Translations under genes and position numbers: made by a program
Notes under the pieces: generated by a model
Told to the model about the DNA's origin: nothing
The model's input: the letters and a program-made list of their open reading frames with translations, nothing else
The model's database searches: none
DNA from: the human T2T-CHM13v2.0 reference genome, Homo sapiens
DNA length: 64,000 bases
Reading direction: 5' to 3' (one strand)
NCBI RefSeq assembly: GCF_009914755.1
Contig: NC_060926.1
Part shown: in pieces, positions 58,880-64,000 of the stretch
Numbering within the stretch: position 1 is the stretch's first letter
Layout of the letters: each line of letters starts with the position of its first letter

Positions 58880-60279
58880 GCACTGACATGAGCAGGAAAA
58901 CCATCTCATAACCCACGGCCGCCTCTCGTGTTGTCCTGAAAGCCTTATGCAGGCAGACTTTGCATGTGAAACGGGTGGGCCATTTAAAATTCATGTGAGA
59001 GGAGCTCAGTTCCGAAAGACACTTTTCACTCAAGTTTTTTACAAATCACAAAATGTTCCCAAGGTGTAACCATAGCTTCATTTGTTATTTACTAAATGTG
59101 GCTCTGTATGCCAGATTTCTTTAAAGTAACTCAAATGTTAGGATGTTGAGAGATGTAACCATTTTGCACTTTGCCTAAGCATTATTTGAATTCTTATCTT
59201 TGGCTCAAGGTCTTCTGCCCTGTTTTCAGAGTCCTGTCTCCATTTCAGGTTTTGTTGAAGTGTTCTTCCCTCTACTCACTTTCATCCTTCTTGTTTGATT
59301 GCAGGGCCGTGCTGTTTTAAAGCAGATTCAACCTGAATTCTTTAAAACTGCACAGAACATCTGCATCACATCTATTTATTGACAAAGCTTGATTAAAGAC
59401 AACCTGGGAGGGAGGTGGATTTCTGGACCAAGGATTGAAAGTAGATGGCTGGATTCCCTTATAAACATCGACTTTGACACCACTCTGTATATTCATGGGG
59501 TCTGTATTAGAAAAAGAAATTACTCAAGGATGTTGAGATGAAGTTTAAGTGGTAATTACATGCATTAAAAATGGCCATTTAAGGGAAGGATGATTCCCAC
59601 GTAAGGAGTATAAGAAGTCGTAGCCCCTGATTTAGTCAGAAATATTGTAGCAAGCATTTGGAGACTTCAGTTCACTATGCAGCTTGCATAATAACGGCGA
59701 AGTCCTGTTCAGGATCCCTAGATCTTAGCTCTGCCATATTTCAACCAAAATCAGTCATTTCTGGCTTTCAAACTCAGGCACATTGTTGCAACTCATGAAG
59801 AAGTAAATGTGAATATTTGGAAAAATACACAGCTATGCATGTCACACGTGCATATGAGATTCCCACCAATGACTGTCCAATGACTGTCCAGGCTGATTCT
59901 AGCAGAGAGGAGGAGACTGGAGATGTTCTTTGACACGCAAATGGTTGTAAATGTTCTCTTAAAAAAATTCCAGTGTCATCCTTGGGTCTGTCCTGGTCAC
60001 ACATTCCCAGGGTGGCAGCAGGCATCATAGGGCAGGAAGTGGCCATCCCTGGAGCCCTGGATCCCACAGAGGACTCCTGAAGGCAATCTTAGAAGTCCAG
60101 CCCAAAAGAAGAGCCAGGTTTGATTGGACTGTCATTCAGTTCCCCGAATTACACTGAATTCTGAATCGTGGACTGGGTAGGAACAATGTGAGTGTAAAAT
60201 CTCCACCCTCAAACCATGAATTCAGTAAATCATGACTCGGGCAAACTTGGGACAAGGGTGGCCCTCCTTAGAGAAGCAG

Positions 60280-60420
60280 TGTGTGTATATGTGTATCTGC
60301 ATGTATATATGGTACATATATTTATATATACACACATATATATACACATAGACGTGTGTACCATATGTACATAAACTGTAGATGGTGGGTGTGTATAATA
60401 TGTGTATACCAGATATATAA
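60280..60420. repeat. (AT/AC/GT) dinucleotide low-complexity tract
   Basis: Directly visible. Confidence 0.8.
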
Positions 60421-62317
60421 ATATCAAAGACCCTAAAGCCACTGCCAGCCTGCTCTTCCAGAGCCCAAACTGTCCCCCACCCATCCCTGTGTTTCTTGGG
60501 TCCAGAGCAGAGCTCCGTGCTCACTTTGCGCATGATAGATATCTGTTGTTGAGTTGTCTCATCTCAAATAAAATTATATTTGTATTTATTCCTTCATAGT
60601 TACCTGAGTTATCTAAGCTGCAGTGAATAGTCCTCTATGGCCCCATTGCAGTCGTAACATGGAGTAGGATTCCACCCCTCACAGGCTGGTGGCCACATTT
60701 GTAAATGACGGCTCTGATGCTCTGATACTCAGTGCGTTCATTACAGATTTCTTAATATTAAGTGAGCACCTGCTACGTGTTCTCCCACTTGCAGGGCAGG
60801 TAGTACCAGCCCATTTTATAGATGAGAAATGGATTGCCAAGGATGATATATAAGTGTAAGAACCCACATGTCGGCGAGGGTGCCCGGCTGGCTGGAGAGA
60901 AGAGCTGCCTGGGTGGGGGCTGCCCAGCCTGGCCTGTGCGGAGGCTGCCCAGCCTGGCCTGTGCCTTCACAGAGGTGCAAATGGGCCAGGGGGAGCCTGC
61001 TCCCAGGGCTTAGTTTTCGAGGACAGCTGCGTGGAGGATACGTTCTTAAAGACATCCCTGGAGAGCGAGGTTCACCTGGGGCAGTGGAGCATCCGGAGCA
61101 AAGGCCTGCATTGGCCTCTGCACGTGGTCAGGGAAGTGACAGCACCAGGGATGCCACACAGCCAGGAGCCTGCTGGGCTGGGGTCGGCCAGGCCACCTGC
61201 CATGCTTGTGGCCACTCCAGCCTGTATCCCCACAGACGCTGACCGCTGCTCTGTGCAGGACCGGCACAGTGAGAGCACAGCCCGGCCTGCGCGGGGCAGG
61301 CACCCTCCAGAGCCTGGGTGAAAGTCCGGCACCTCCCCATCAGATCCTCACTTAGGAGACGGCCACTGAGAGCCCGTGATTGCACAAGCCTTGTAAAAAA
61401 GAGGGAACGCATTCTAAAGCCACACGATCCAGGTGATCCTTCCCCACTTAGGGTTTTTGTTCCAGAGGTATGACCAGAAATGTGTGTGCATGTGTGGCCA
61501 ACTCTCATTCATGTCATTTTCTAGTTCTGGAAAAAAATTCACTGTTTAGGAAAATATAGAATATTCAAAAACACATTGAAAATAAAATCAAATGCCATAA
61601 GACTTGTTGGAGCATGCTACAGTTTATAAACGGGGTTTTATTGCAGGAATGCCGAATTTTTAAAAATTGAGTAATCACGACTATATTTCTGTATCTCTTT
61701 ACTTGACCCTTGAGGCTGCGAGTCTTCTGGGGCAGGGGGATTAGTCTCTAAGCTCTCGCATCAAAGACAGCCTGAGAAGGCTCTGAGGGATCTGTTCTCC
61801 CAGGGTCTGCCCTTCCCAGATTGAAATCGTTCTGCCCACCGTCATCACAAACAGCACTGAGACACTCGACTCCTTAAAGTTCTCAGATGCCACGGGGTAG
61901 TCTCACCTGCACCCCGGGACCTTGCCAGCTATTTGTGGGCTGATAAGAATCCGTGCACTTTCACTCCTGTTCTCGGATCCCCCGAGCTTCGGCGTGGTCC
62001 AGCTCTCAGTTCTGCAGTTCACTCACCACTTTTAGACGGAGGACGTCGATTAGATTTGTGGATCATGACATTCGCAGTCTGATCTCAAAAATGAAATGTC
62101 AGGAATTGCAGCCTTTTGTTAGAGTCTGATGCAGGAGATCTCGAACACGTTTTCCAGAGCCGTCCCCAGCTCCAGGTGCTCTTAGATCAGCGAGGCCACC
62201 TTGACCCTATCGGGAGCATTCGGACTCCTGGTAAACCTCTCTCAGTGGACAGCAGAGCTGTGCTTGTGAACGGCCTTCAGGCCCAGCGCCCTCACTGTGC
62301 CCAGTGGGGATATCACT

Positions 62318-63829
<1,512 letters not shown>

Positions 63830-64000
63830 TAGTTGATTTCTTAATATGATGTGTTTCTCAACAGAGATCAGTTTTATTCATGTGGTGCAGAAGTTTGAGA
63901 ATCTGAAATGGGCTAAAAGTAACTGAGTCCAGAGCTTGGGAAGCAAAAGGCCTGTCCCTGTTGCAGAATGGTCTGGTTAACCACGCCCCCAACTGCTCCG

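Overview
Human (primate) genomic DNA, recognisable as the TWIST2 (Dermo-1) locus, which is known to lie at 2q37.3. The only protein-coding feature I can support is the complete 160-aa TWIST2 bHLH CDS (18855-19337, +). It lies in a ~3.3-kb CpG island behind a GC-box/CCAAT promoter. A splice donor 35 nt after the stop codon opens a very large 3'-UTR intron that appears to run to the end of the window. The rest is old nested L1/LTR debris, about 16 Alu copies or fragments, a MER44-type DNA transposon, MIR/L2 fragments, microsatellites and two large VNTR-like arrays (C/A-rich at 40.8-42.7 kb; TTAGTG/TTAGTA at 51.0-52.6 kb). The other listed ORFs are best explained as repeat-derived, low-complexity, GC-bias or chance ORFs. 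I found no evidence of a new multi-gene system. The most unusual structures are: (1) an Alu whose B-box segment is replaced by an inverted ~60-bp copy of sequence 18 kb upstream; (2) a non-Alu inverted duplication with ~180-340-bp arms at 62.3-63.4 kb; (3) a near-perfect 572-bp tandem duplication inside the TTAGTG/TTAGTA array; (4) a 1.9-kb C/A array that grew from a dinucleotide seed inside an L1; (5) a 3x21-bp repeat carrying paired TAATCC and EBF-like motifs. Repeat subfamily names and boundaries were read by eye and are approximate.
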